From Zootoca vivipara (taxonomy: Eukaryota): a stretch of 64,000 nucleotides of DNA. Within the stretch, counting starts at the first letter, position 1. Every line of letters starts with the position of its first letter. Shown here piece after piece: positions 13,049 through 26,114 of this stretch. The notes below the pieces were generated by a model. It was not told where the DNA came from, made no database searches, and was given only the letters and a program-made list of their open reading frames with translations. The stretch lies in contig NC_083288.1 of NCBI RefSeq assembly GCF_963506605.1, positions 41,106,001 to 41,170,000 of the forward strand, written 5' to 3'. Both the position numbers and the translations under genes were made by a program.

Positions 13049-14545
13049 CAAGAAAGTGCATGGCAGATCTCCAGCAAAATTTTCTACTCTGAACTTAGCC
13101 GTTCAAGCAGAGATTTTATAAGGCAATCCAGGCTTGATCTTACAATGTGACAATACCACTGCACTGCCAGCCACAATAGGCAATTCTGAGCCAGACAGAC
13201 CAATGGTCGGACTTGCTGTAAGGCAGCTTCCTATGTAACACTCTCTGCAAGAGCAGATCAGAAAGCAGCTATCCATTGAGTTATCCCATATGAATATCTG
13301 GGAAAGGCTGATCCAGCCCTGCACTAACTAACAAGTCTACAATCTCTCAGCATTACTTTGATCCTGTGTACCTGAGATGCTGCTGACTGAACCTGGTACC
13401 TTGGGCATGCAAGGCCATTACCGGAATGACTAGCTGGGCGATACTGGGACGGTCAAGCAGGTCTGACTGCAGAATTTAACACCAGGGGTAATAGAAATCT
13501 TGTGACATCTGGCTGAAGGGTCAGTACATTGTCACAACACTCTTGTCTCCCCTGTATTGCAGCAGCTATTGTGTGCTCCTGGGAAGAGCTTGATGAGACT
13601 ACTGCAGTCAAAATGATGGACCCAGTGGTAATGGCAGTGGGAACTAAGGTTGCATTATAGAATGGATGAGATGTTACATGTGTGTGTGTTTGTGACTTCA
13701 CACATTTCTGCAGGTATACTTAAAGTTGGTCATATTGTGTATGTGAGATGCAGAGTGTGAGTTCCTGTATTCGGAGTAAGCAAGCTTTGTCTCACTAACT
13801 CTCAGCTATACAGCTGCAAAGAAAACGTTTTAAATATGTTGTGAAGTGCAATATACAGATGTGACACTAGATGGCGACAGTGAGCTACACCAAAGTAAAT
13901 GCCTTTTTCAAAACATTTTTTCCCCATAAAAATCATCTTCACAGCATTTTTAATATGTGTGTAGATCCCACCTGAGATGTAATAAGTTATATCTGCTCTG
14001 TTTGGAGGAAATCTGTTCCCCAAGAGGTCTGCTAATTGCTAGTTTGGGGCTTTCCCCTACTGTGTTTCTGTTTTTGGAAAATAGTTATCAACGTCTGCCT
14101 TCTTGCAATTTCTAGAGTCTGGAAGTTTCATATTGTGTTGTCTGTTAGAAACAAGAGCGAGAGTCACATAACCTGATACCTTAACACAACACAAGCAAGA
14201 CCGATGTTTCATCAAAATGAACCAAAGAAAAACCAGGTCAAGTGTTCTCTCATTATAAACACCCATGAGAAATGGGTTATTCACTTTAATGTCCTTACAC
14301 TGCCTGGAGCCAAGAGCATAAGCAACAGAGGTGATCACAGCAGCATTTCAGAGACCAGCCCTGGATAAGGACTGAGAGTAAGTAGATAGATGTCATCTAT
14401 TGAAGGGCGAGCTTCTTGGCACAACAAAGGATGAACTGTAGAAGTGGCAACATGACGGGAGCTTCTTCTGACTCCCTTGATTCCAAGGGGATGTGCTTTG
14501 ATCCATCTAACCCAACCTTCCCCTAGAATGACAGTATCCCTTCTT

Positions 14546-17500
14546 CTAGATCTCATGTTTGCAGATGTAGGCTTTATGTTTTTTGCAAACAGCATCAATC
14601 CACCTCTTATACCCTGCAGTGGAAAAAAGACAATCAACTTATCCGTTCTCCTTTTCAAGCATTTTCAGAGTATCTCAAGGTACAGTTGTTGTTCTTTTTA
14701 TTTGCATATACCTGTGTTTGTTATGGCACCAGGGGTGGGCTAGGAATGTGTCAGCTATAGTCCCTGGATATTTGTGGGGTTCCTGCCTAATTCAGGAGGC
14801 AATTTCTGAAATTTACAACTTGCCAAGAGTCTATTTGTTTTGCTCTAACAAACCCATTTTGAAAATTCCCTGGCATGTGTTAGAAGATAATGACATGGTA
14901 TAGTCTGATTATCTCATGACCAAATGAGGGTGAGGATTTACCTGCCTTTTCCCCTAAAGCAGGGGTACGCAACCTAAGGCCCGTGGGCTGGATGCGGCCC
15001 AATCGCCTTCTCAATCCGGCCAGTGGATGGTCCAAGAATCAGCGTGTTTTTACATGAGTAGAATGTGTCCTTTTATTTAAAATGCATCTCTGGGTTATTT
15101 GTGTGGCATAGGAATTCGTTCATTTCCCCCCAAAAAATATAGTCCGGCCCGTCACATGGCCTGAGGGACAGTGGGCTGGCCCATGGCTGGAAAAGGTTGC
15201 TGACCCCTGCCCTAAAGTGCCAGGGTGGGTTTCAACAATTAAAGCACAATGTTAGAAACAGTTTAAAGCAACTCACAATCACAGAAACAAGGTGGGTCCT
15301 AAAAATTTACATCTCATGTTTCAAAAGGCAGAGTAATGAGCTGTGTATTTACTTTGTACTGTACTTGCTTTGTGCTGGGTCTAACCATCAGTCTACTCTA
15401 ACCCAAAGCTGTGGTCCTCAGGATGTTGTTCTGCTCCAAATCCCATCATCCTCAGGATGGGCAATGGTCAGGGATGATGGGAGTCGTAGTCCAACACGAT
15501 CAGGAGGGTTGCAAGTTCCCCACACCTGATCCAAGCCAGCATTCTGAGTTGCATCCAATTAAGTTCCACTCAGTGTAGATCTTTAGAACTTAATGGATCC
15601 AAGTGTGTTTACCTGTCTGAATACCACACATATATAGGAGGGCGCCAGAGACTTGAATGTGTGTTTGGGGTTGAGGTGCATGCTTTGCAAGGTAAAGGTA
15701 AAGGGACCCCTGACCATTAGGTCCAGTCGTGACCGACTCTGGGGTTGCGACGCTCATCTCGCTTTACTGGCCGAGGGAGCCGGAGTACAGCTTCCAGGTC
15801 ATGTGGCCAGGATGACAAAGCCTCTTCTGGTGAACCAGAGCAGCACACGGAAAAGTCGTTTACCTTCCCGCTGTAAAAAGGTAAAGGGGGCCCCTGACCA
15901 TCAGGTCCAGTCGTGTCCGACTCTGGGGTTGTGGCGCTCATCTTGCTCTATAGGCCGAGGGAGCCGGCGTTTGTCCGCAGACAGCTTCCGGGTCATGTAG
16001 CCAGCATGACAAAGCTGCTTCTGGCGAACCAGAGCAGCGCATGGAAACACAGTTTACCTTCCCACTGTAGTGGTACCTATTTATCTACTTGCACTTTGAC
16101 GTGCTTTCGAACTGCTAGGTTGGCAGGAGCTGGAACCAAGCAACGGGAGCTCGCCCCATCGCGGGGATTCGAACCTCCGACCTTCTGATAAGCAAGCCCT
16201 AGGCTCTGTGGTTTAACCCACAGCATCACCTGTGTCCCTCTACAAATACTGTATGTATGTGTGTGTGAGAGAGAGAGAGAGAGAGCTGGGAAATCATGCC
16301 CCCCAAAAAATCTAAAAATATGACCATAAGATAAAGGAGGGTGAATATTTCATAAAATCATAGAATTTTAGCACTCAGTGGAACTTAGGTGTTATCTACT
16401 TCAATCCCCCTCTTCAGTACAGGAATCTGCAACACCCTTGACAGAACTCTGTCCAGCCTCTGCTTAAATACCATCAACCAAAGTGATCCTTCTCCCACAA
16501 GGGACACTGCTGCCCCACTGTTTGCCCCCCCCCTTTATTTGGCTCAGCCCAGTCCTTTCTGTTCCATTTACGTCTCACCATTGCCGTATACCTCAAGGCT
16601 ACACAACTTCCCATCAGTGGGAGGACTGTAAGATGCCCACCTGTGGAAGCCCTCAAAGCCACACAGTACTCGGAATTCCAAAGATTGTTGGGCTCCCCTT
16701 GCATCCAGTTCCTGTAGTTGTAGGAGGACTCGTCGGACCACCTCCAGTTCCCATTCTGCAATGACACGGAAGATAACAAGAGCTCTGATTGATCGGGAGA
16801 AAAGTGACATCACACTCAGCATTCTGTTTCTGACGGGGGACAGCTCTCAACACGGAAACACAGGAAGCCGCCTTACCCTGAGTCAGACCATAAGTCTGTC
16901 AGGCTCAGTATTGTCTGCTGCATCCTTAACTGCTCATCCCGTAGGATCGCCCACTTAGTGGCATATGAATCCCATTTTTTAAAAAAGTATGAATATATTT
17001 ATCAGCTCCATCTGGTATGCAGGCTGAGACCCTACCTGCCCGCGGACTGTCTCGCCAGAGTGGTGCATGCTCTAGTTATCTCTCGCTTGGACTACTGCAA
17101 TGCGTTCTAAGTGGGGCTACCTTTGAAGGTGACCCGGAAACTACAATTAATCCAGATTGCGGCAGCTACACTGGTGACTGGGAGCAGCCGCCGAGACCTG
17201 CATTGGCTCCCAGTACGTTTTCGGGCACAATTCAAAGTGTTGGTGCTGACATTTAAAGCCCTAAACTGCCTCGGTCCAGTATACCTGAAGGAGCGTCTCC
17301 ACCTCCATCGCTCTGCCCGGACACTGAGGTCCAGTGCCGAGGACCTTCTGGTGGTTCCCTCGCTGCGAGAAGCCAAGTTACAGGGAACCAGGCAGAGGGC
17401 CTTCTCGGTAATGGCACCTGCCCTGTGGAACGCCCTCCCACCAGATGTCAAAAAGAAAAATAACTACCAGACTTTTAGAGGACATCTGAAGGCAGCCCTG

Positions 17501-17601
17501 TTTAGAGAAGTTTTTAATGTTTAATCAATTATTTTAATTTTCTGTTGGAAGCTGCCCAGAGTGGCTGGGGAAACCCAGCCAGATGGGCAGGGTATAAATA
17601 A

Positions 17602-17639
<38 letters not shown>

Positions 17640-18658
17640 CATTATTATCATTATTATCATTATTATCATTATTATCATCATTATTATTATTATCTCAAAA
17701 TATGCATTTTAAAACAGTTTGATATCAACTTTTGATCCCAAGATTGTGTCAGAACATTCAGGACATATGGCAGCCAACAGCTAATGGATGGATTTCGGCT
17801 AACGGATTGAGGTTGAATCCTGACAAGACAGAAGTACTCTTTTGGGGGGACAGGGGGCGGGCGAGTGTGGAGGACTCCCCAGTCCAGAATGGGGTAACTG
17901 TGCCCCTGAAGGACCAGGTGCGCAGCCTGGGAGTCATTTTGGACTCACAGCTGTCCATGGAGGCACAGGTCAATTCTGTGTCCAGGGCAGCTGTCTACCA
18001 GCTCCATCTGGTACGCAGGCTGAGACCCTACCTACCTACAGACTATCTTGCCAGAGTGGTGCATGCGCTAGTTATCTCCCGCTTGGACTACTGCAACGCG
18101 CTCTACATGGGGCTACCTTTGCCGGTGACTTGGAAACTGCAATTAATCCAGAACGCGGCAGTTAAACTGGTGACTGGGAGTGGCCACTGAGACCATATGA
18201 CTCTGGTCCTGAGAGATCTGCATTGGCTCCATTGGCTCTGCATTGGCTCCAAGCACAATTCAAAGTGTTGGTGCTGACCTTTAAAGCCCTAAATGGCCTT
18301 GGCCCAGTATACCTGAAGGAGCATCTCCACCCCCATCGTTCAGCCCAGACACTGAGGTCCAGCTCCGAGGGCCTTCTGGCGGTTCCCTCACTGCGAGAAG
18401 TGAGGTTACAGGGAACCAGGCAGAGCACTTTCTCAGTAGTGGTGCCTGCCTTCTGGAACACCCTCCCATCAGATGCCAAAGCAATAAACAACTACCGTAT
18501 CTGAGTTTTGGAAAACATCTAGAGTCCGCCCTGTTTAGGGAAGTTTTTAAAGTCTAATGCTTTATTGTGTTTTTAATATTCGGTTGGGAGCTGCCCAGAG
18601 TGGCTGGAGAAACCCAGTCAGATGAGTGGGGTATAAATATAATTATAATAATTATAAC

Positions 18659-18701
<43 letters not shown>

Positions 18702-20088
18702 TCATCATCATCATCATCATCATCATCTAATTTCTGATCCATGGATCAGGCCAGTTCTCCTCAGAATTTGCAAATATTGTGATCCTTCAGCAGCCATTTA
18801 TTGATGGTAGATGGAACAGGGTAGCTCAGTTGGCTAGAGTGTTGCTGATAACGCCAAGGTTGCAGGTTCGATCCCCGTATGGGTCAGCTGCATTATTTCC
18901 TGCATTGCAAGGAGATGGAGAGTCCCTTCCAACTCTTTCATTTTATGGTTCTATGATTGGTAATAAGCTCAGGGGGCTAAATGCTTACTTGGTGAGTATC
19001 ATGGAGTCCAATCCAAACGTCAACCCCTGTTTCTTTCTTGTCAATGGAGATATGTTTGGATACCATCAGAGTTTCTGCCCTCGCAAGAATGGATGCGAGG
19101 TGGGTCCCACGACCGTAACTCTGACACTCAATCTGGAGAAGGGGCAAATGCACAAGAACTTCATCATTCAACTGGACATTCTCAGCAACCTGTTAATGGA
19201 TGGTGAGTCTTACCTCAGCTTCATGCCAACTCAACTTGTTGTGGAAAAACCCATAACAGTTGCCCTGGTACTGCAGCCATCCTCTGGGGCAGCAATCCGC
19301 TTCAACAGCTTGTCGATGGGGCAGGGGGGGGAGATTGTGAAAGAGATGAAGAGCAAAGTCATCACAGATAAACTAGTTGTAGAGCTGCATGTTATAACGC
19401 AGGGGTAGTCAACATTTTGGGGTCCGTAACAAAATGGCCAGTGTGGGTTGTGTGACCTAAAGCAAAATGCCAGCTGTGAGAGCGTAGCTCAGCACAAAAT
19501 GGCTGCTCTGGACTGTGGTGTAACACAAAACGCCATCTGTGTTGATGTGGCTGCCACGTGTAAAAGTACAAAACAAGAAACAGGAACACAAAATGGCGCG
19601 GGCATACTCCACTTCACCCCATCTTCTGCATTTTTACCCGAATATTTCCTGGCACTTTTCATGGATGCCATAGGAAGTTCTTCTGTGCACATTAGCACCT
19701 GTAGGCACTAGGTTGGTGGCCCCTGTTTTAATGTATTAGTGGGTTCATCTCCAACTGGTCTCCTAAAGCTTTTAGAAATTGCTCGGCAGGTTAAACTGAC
19801 TCTCCAGGGTGAGATATGTCAGTATATTCAGTTTTCAAACATTATTCCTGAAGTCTATCACTCTTCATTTGGCAGTCTTTGCCACCCTGGACCTGTCTTT
19901 GGCTGAATTCACATGGCAGTTTATTCCATTTACCTGGTGTCTCTGTACATTTCTGCATTTTAAGTGAGCAAGATTCCCCAAGTCTGAATGCACCCTATGG
20001 GACAGAGAATGCTACTATAACTCAACAAGGACTCACCTCTCATGAAGAAGCCAAGCAAACATAGGCTAACACAGGCCAAACGCCCCAT
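14546..20088 (-). CDS. C-type lectin C, secreted, EPN/WID type, 157 aa
   Basis: Exons 20088-20037 ([17 protein letters not shown]), 19308-19214 ([32 protein letters not shown]), 19132-18989 ([48 protein letters not shown]), 16755-16641 ([38 protein letters not shown]), 14613-14546 ([22 protein letters not shown]). 474 nt in frame, all GT-AG; ATTAAA at 14290-14285. Confidence 0.93.
14960..15209. mobile_element. hAT-Charlie/OC1-like non-autonomous element (250 bp)
   Basis: TIR CAGGGGT..GCAACC/GGTTGCTGACCCCTG; TSD CCCTAAAG. The 3' end (aatatagtccggccc...tgagggacagtg) resembles OposCharlie1-type ends as recalled. Confidence 0.8.
15689..16238 (-). mobile_element. Tandem Sauria SINEs (truncated 15689-15874 plus near full-length 15879-16238)
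   Basis: Characteristic (ACCTTT)n tail, body gggacccctgacc...gtcatgtggccagcatgac, and tRNA-derived head with B box ggttcgaatcccc on minus. Confidence 0.85.
17002..18726 (+). mobile_element. Two tandem 5'-truncated L2 LINE copies (~17002-17692, ~17779-18726) in a lectin C intron
   Basis: ORF2 C-terminal peptides ([41 protein letters not shown]) with frameshifts; each copy ends in an ATT/AAT microsatellite tail. Confidence 0.88.
18815..18960 (+). mobile_element. tRNA-derived SINE
   Basis: A box tagctcagttgg, B box ggttcgatccc, no intact cloverleaf, followed by a non-tRNA body. Confidence 0.6.
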
Positions 20089-21703
20089 CTTTCTTCTTCA
20101 CCTAAGAAGAAATCAAGAGGTATTGTTGCATGACGAAAACATTGAGTTACCAAGAGCACTTGTGAAATGTGGGTCCTGAAAGGAGACAAATTTCTTGTCA
20201 TAAGTTTACAGTGTTTGGCTCACATTGTTGCAGGGTGTATTTATCATTCCCTTTTGTCTCACGTCCACCAGGGCCAGACCGAGGCATTTGGCTGCCTGAG
20301 GCAAAGGACAAAATGGCTCCCCGTTTCACATACATTTATTGGACAGGCGGCTGAATCTTATTTTGATAGTGGTGATGGGACAGCATCTTCCTGAGGGCAG
20401 CTAGCTAGCTTAGGAAGCACAGGGCAAGCTGCTCTCTAGCAACTCCCTGCCAATCACCACACTCCCTGCCATTGGCCGCCTGAGGCAACTGCCTCACTCT
20501 GCTCAATGATAGGGCCAGCCCTGACACCCACCCTGATGAGTTCAGAGTTGTACACATGATATATATGTCCAGTTTAGAACCAAACATGATTTGATTGCAG
20601 CAGTGCCATGGGTAGAACTGTATTTGCCACGAAAAGATAATAAAGAATACCTGCTTGCACTTTTCTTCCTAAAACCAAGTTTGTCTGGTCTCTAAAGGTG
20701 TAGGGAGACAATCCTGATTGATCAGGGGTGGACTGAGGTGGGGTCAAAAGAACTGTGGCAGAACATTTGAGAAGTGTGAAAGCTCACATTCGTTTGGGAA
20801 GTGCTGGCGAGGTCTGTTCATACTAGGATTTATAAAGGTTGAATTCCTTGAGAATCTCTACCAGATTTGTTTTTGCCTTCCTTATAGAGGAGGGTTTGGG
20901 CCTGGAAAGAAAAGGGAAATGGCTTTTACTGCCATGTTGGAGGATTTAGAAATGGGAAAGTACAGGTAACAGGAAGCTTTATAGAAAACAAACAGTGCTC
21001 AAGTTGGGCCCTGTGGCTGTCGTATATAATTGCATCCTGGTCATCACTAAAACCCTGGTAGGTAGGCTCATGTGAGAGACAGAGACTGGTCCATGGTCAC
21101 TAAAGGGTTTTTATGGGTGAGAATGCAATTGAACCAAGTCTATCCAAGAATAGCTCTCGCTTTCAACTATGCCACATTGGCTGTGTTCACGCATAGCTCT
21201 AAGCTATGGTTTATTCCACAAACCAAGAGCTATCTCACACATGGGCAATCATGCCATAGCTTGCTTCTCCAAAGCTTGATTTGTTTTCCAGATGCTCTTG
21301 CCTTTGGGGTGTAGCCCTGAAACAAGCCATGGTTAAGCGAGACTAGTGTGTTTGGACATAACACCAAAACATAGTTAAAACAAGCTGTGGTTTGTAAGCC
21401 GACAACTAACCATGGCTTCACACCATGCTTTGTTGACAGAAAACAAACCGCAGATCGTCAGTTGGACAGGGTTCACTGATTCAAACAAATCACAATCAAA
21501 CTAAATAAACCATGGCTTAGTGTTATGTACACTGGTTTATCATAGAGTTTAGCTCTGAAAGTACACATGGCTCAGAATATAAAATATTCTTTAGAAAAAT
21601 GTTTGGCATGTCTGCCCCTTACAAATCCAATAAAAAGATAATACGTGGAAACTCTCTAACCTGTATGTTACAGATCAACAAGCAAAAGTATGTCCTCACT
21701 CAC

Positions 21704-21794
21704 CCAAGTCCTCGTTCCCTGGGTGTTTGTCCTCAACAGATGGCTGCCTCTGCTGTGTCCTGCTCAGGTTGTCTCATTCTGAACAGCTTTTATC
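21704..21794 (-). promoter_or_regulatory. Putative promoter and non-coding exon 1 of lectin C
   Basis: GATAAAA TATA-like element at 21794-21788, exon ending ACTTGG|gtgagt at 21704; position analogous to the paralogs. Confidence 0.5.
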
Positions 21795-23257
21795 CAGACC
21801 TGGTTGGAATCTGGCTGAAACCTGGAGCAGAAAGGTTAAGGCAGCGCATGATGGACGAGTTTGCTTATTGCACAAGTCAGAGGCAAGTTAAGCCAGGGGC
21901 TATTTTAAAAGTTTTTTTAAGCAAGCTCGGTCAATGGGATGTTGTTGTTGTTGTTGTTGTGTGTGTGTGTGTTTGGGGGGGTGTATAATGCTTCTTTCGA
22001 TTTAAAACTGAGATCGATTCAATCAAGATTGCTGTTTCAAAAATCAATATTCCTGTGGTGCGAGGAATCATAGAATTGTGGAGTTGGAAGGAACCCCAAG
22101 GGTCATCCAATCCAACCCCCTGCAATGAAGGAATCCCAACTAAAGAATCTCTGAGTAAAAGATCGTCAATGAAAATGGACTCTCTAAGACCTTGTGGTTG
22201 GAAAGAGACTTACGCTGCAAGCCTGGAAGACTAAACATCCAATTACTGTTAATATCAGCTGTCAATGACAACTTTATGGAGTACAAAAAAGCAAACAATC
22301 AATTCCTCTTGTTGTTATTTGCTTTTAAAAGCAGCCCTTCAAATTAAATCTGCAATGCAATAGAAAAATGTTGCGTGAATTTCACACAGGTCAAAATCCA
22401 GATGATTTCACTTCACTGCTTGACAGAAACACTCTGTAAAGTGTAGATGTAACCCACCAACAATGTTATGCAGCACTCCCTGATTGGATGGAAATTCTTC
22501 TTCGTGTTGAGAAATTGGCATCGTGCACAACAATCCCCCAGCAGCTCCCCAGTCCCTAAAAATAGCCTTCAACCTGAGTGCCCCCTTTTGCCTAAGGCCC
22601 AAACAACTGGGGATTGTGGTTTAAACAGGTCGACGTGAGCAGCTGAGAGTTATAGTCCCGGAAACTTTCAACGTGACCTGCTTAAACTGCCCTGCAGATG
22701 CTGAAATATACAGGACAAGTACTGAGATTGAAGCCGTAGCAGAGGAAGAGATTCAATCAGCCTGGGCATCCTATGCCACTGGGCTAAATACCACAGCCTC
22801 AAGCCCTCTGACCCCCTTCAGGATATCTTCTCCATCAGAGAGAAATGAGACCCGTGTGTACACTCATGCTCAAAAACACAAAAGGAAGTACAGTGGTACC
22901 TCTTCCTGCTGAACTTTTCACCAGCAGTCTGCTGCCTCCCTAGGTGCCCACCATGGACACAATCTGTGCTGTACAAGCCCTGTTGGAATGAAAGGAGAGT
23001 TCAGCAAAACCACAGTCCCAGGGTTGACCTTTCCACTAGAAAGGGGAAGGATTGGTATTCCATGAAGTGCAATTTTGTAGACTTCTGCTTTCAAATAATC
23101 CTGCCCAGCAGCACTGTAAATGAACTGGGAAATGACAATGAGAACTAGTGCTGACTCGATCACTTGCTGCTTCTGGGTGTCATAGTGGGGCTCCAGGGGA
23201 TGGGCCGTAGAACAGATCCTGACTTTAACCGAATCCTGCAAACAATTATTCCTAGTA

Positions 23258-23433
23258 CAGTGGTACCTCGGTTTACAAACACAATTGGTTCCGGAAGCCT
23301 GTACTTCACCTGAAGCGTACTTAACCTGACGTGAACTTTCCCATTGAAAGTAATGGAAAGTGGATTAATCCGTTCCAGATGGGTCCGCGGAAAATACTTA
23401 AACCGAGGCGTACTTAAACCGAGGTATGGCTGT
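23258..23433. mobile_element. Tc1/mariner MITE
   Basis: ta-cagtggtacctcggtttac ... ccgaggtatggctg-ta. Confidence 0.75.
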
Positions 23434-24259
23434 AGTGTGGGCTAAAATTGTCTTCCCTTTTTCTGCTGAGTTTTCAGCATCTTCACAAATATGTACAGTG
23501 GGCACTTCCTAGTGTCAATTTTATTGTGCATTCATGAGGACCTGTGCTCATGATGGTATTGGGCTGGTTGTAAGGGATCCTGCTTTCAAGACTGTTTGGA
23601 CTTGCAAAACTTTCGAGGTGAACATACCGTTACGGGCAACCTCCCCAAATCTCCAAGCGATGAGAGACTCCGGGGTGCCTGAGCTTTTACCAGGGTTCAT
23701 TTTCCGTTTGGAAAATGGAGTTTTATTTAAGCATATATACAACCCGAACATAGGATGGAGGGGCTCCCAGATTAACACCCCCATAAGTATCACTTGTGGG
23801 CGCCCAGGTTCCCAGGGCCCCCTGGAGATGGCGCCCCCTGGTGTTCTGTCAGATGGGAAGCAAATGTGAGCTATGGACCCAGGGCCGTCTTTAGCAGATG
23901 TGGCTCCGGGGTGCAAATATCTGCCCAGCGCCCCCAAATTACCATGGATAGTGGGGGGGAAGCTGCGCACTGCCAGCCATTGGGGGGCGCAACTCAACTC
24001 CTCCCATGCAGCTGTGGGAGAGCAATCCCCGCAGAGGCTTGGGAGGGAAGTTGCACCCCTCCCAAGCCTCCGCAGGAGGAGAGTGCAGCTTCCCTCCCAA
24101 GCCTACTTGGGAGGAGAGCGATCCCCACGGAGGCTTGGGAAGGAACCAGCCATATAGTTGGTGGGGCGCAGCTGGTGGGCGTGCTGGGAAAGGGGAGGCC
24201 GCCAGCAAAGTCGCGCAGCTCCCCCACTCGCTGGGGCGCCCCTGAGAGGCCGTCACCCT

Positions 24260-24698
24260 GGCGCGACACATGAAAAATTTGTCTGCCGAATCGCGGTTTC
24301 CCATAGGAATGCATTGAAATTCAATTAATGCCTATGGGCAAAAAAAAATTCAAAAAAAATTCAATGCATTCCTATGGGATTCGCTAGACGAATTTTTCAT
24401 TATAAGAAAAGACCCGTGGAACGAATTAAATTCGTCTAGCGAGGCACCACTGTATAGTGGTACCTCTGGTTAAGAACTTAATTCGTTCCAGAGGTCTGTT
24501 CTTAACCTGAAACTGTTCTTAACCTGAGACACCACTTTAGCTAATGGGGGCTCCTGCTGCCGCCGCACTGCCAGAGCGTGATTTCTGTTCTCATCCTGAA
24601 GCAAAGTTCTTAACCTGAGGTACTATTTCTGGGTTAGCGGAGTCTTTAACCTGAAGTGTTTGTAACCTGAAGTGTTTGTAACCTGAGGTACCACTGTA
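24260..24698. mobile_element. Adjacent Tc1/mariner MITEs (partial ~24260-24453; complete ~24456-24697)
   Basis: Ends gaggcaccactg-ta and agtggtacctc...gaggtaccactg-ta. Confidence 0.65.
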
Positions 24699-25105
24699 CA
24701 TAGAAATGAAAGGATATTAGAGGATCTTGGAGACCACCAGCTGCAAATTAGGGCAGGGTGCCTGTACATTTAAAGCAGAAGCAGGGAGGGACTAAGGCCA
24801 GATGTGTCCCTTTAGGGATGCCTTGTGTGCACTCCCCACCCCTAGGAGCCTTCAGAAGGGAGCTGTTGCCAACTGAGAGGGGCGAGAAACTCTGCGGCTG
24901 CCATCAGGGGGAGGTTGGTTTCACCAGTGTGACCCCATCCACCAACCCCAAGAGCCTCCAAAAAGGAGTTGCTTAATGGACAATTTGTACTGACCTATTA
25001 GTAAGCTGTATGCTTTAGTTAAATGTTTAGATCTGTTAAATTGTTGATCACTGTTTTTTTTTCATGTTATGTTGCAGTTTCTGGTATTGTTAGTCTAATA
25101 CTGTA

Positions 25106-25337
25106 CAGTGGTACCTCTGGTTACGAACACTTCAGGTTACAAGCTCCGCTAACCCGGAAGTACCCTAGCTGCTCTTGGTTGGCAACTTTGCCCCAGGATG
25201 CGATCAGAAATCACGCACCAGAGGCACGTGCGCAGTGAGAGGCCCCATTAGGGAAAGCGCACCTCAGGATCAGAACGGTTTCAGCTTAAGAACGGACCTC
25301 CGGAACGAATTAAGTTTGTAACCAGAGGTACCACTGT
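25106..25337. mobile_element. Tc1/mariner MITE
   Basis: TIR cagtggtacctctggttac/gtaaccagaggtaccactg flanked by TA. Confidence 0.8.
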
Positions 25338-26114
25338 ATTTAGACTTTGGTTTATCTGTGAACCACTTTGAGCAGAGATTTACTTGTGGATATATAAATA
25401 AATTGACACTAGACCTCTCCACCTGTCCCTTGGGACTCTCCTGAGGCCACACCCCTCACCACCGTGTCCTATGTCCTTTTCAAGTCCTTTATGGTATGGC
25501 AGGAATGTGTCCTTGAACTCTTGCTTGTCCAAGTCAAGGTTAAAGGTATGAGTGACTGAGTGTAGACGCATCTGACTCTTACATAGCTGGGATGTAGTCT
25601 ACTGGACAAAGGTAAGACTCAGCGCCCATTTGTACCTCTGGCACCATCCACAAAGGGTCTCTTGCCCCAGAAAGGTTTCCTATGTGGCCCTTGGATCAAG
25701 AAAGGTTCTCCACCCTTGGCTGAAAAGCGGTAGCAAACCTGGAATTTCAAGCAGAGTTCGGAGAAGTTGTACCTACTGAAACTCTGCTTTCTGCACAAAG
25801 GTGAATGAATGGTCGAGCGGAGCCTCTGCTGCCCTCCTTTCTACCCAGCAGCCTAAGGAGACTGAAATCATTCTACAATAACAGAAACATGCCAAGATAT
25901 TTATGCATAAGGTAGATAGTTTATTAAGACTGCACTGTGCTGTGGTCATTAATGAAAGGCAGGAGAAGAGAGAGGCTCACACAAGATAGTTCTTCTGAGA
26001 TGCGTGTTTTGAATGGAGGTGGCTGGAGGGTGTGTTGAATGGCAGGTCTCTCTCGCTGCTGTTGAACCAGGCACATCCCAGGAAGCCCTGGGGAAGGGGA
26101 AGCTCCAGTCTTCT

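Noticed and set aside
17732-18504. RT-like ORFs as an active retroelement
   Set aside because: 5'-truncated, frameshifted L2 remnants lacking the endonuclease and the RT core.
18815-18890. Possible tRNA gene (also 43492, 57149, 35898)
   Set aside because: A/B-box-like heads without a complete cloverleaf, continuing into SINE-like or unrelated sequence.
18779-19408. 209-aa plus-strand ORF
   Set aside because: Antisense shadow of lectin C exons plus a SINE; no domain features.
23794-24314. GC-rich overlapping ORFs as a gene or CpG island
   Set aside because: Built from short direct/inverted repeats (aggcttgggag/ctcccaagcct) typical of a DNA-transposon interior; no splice or domain support.
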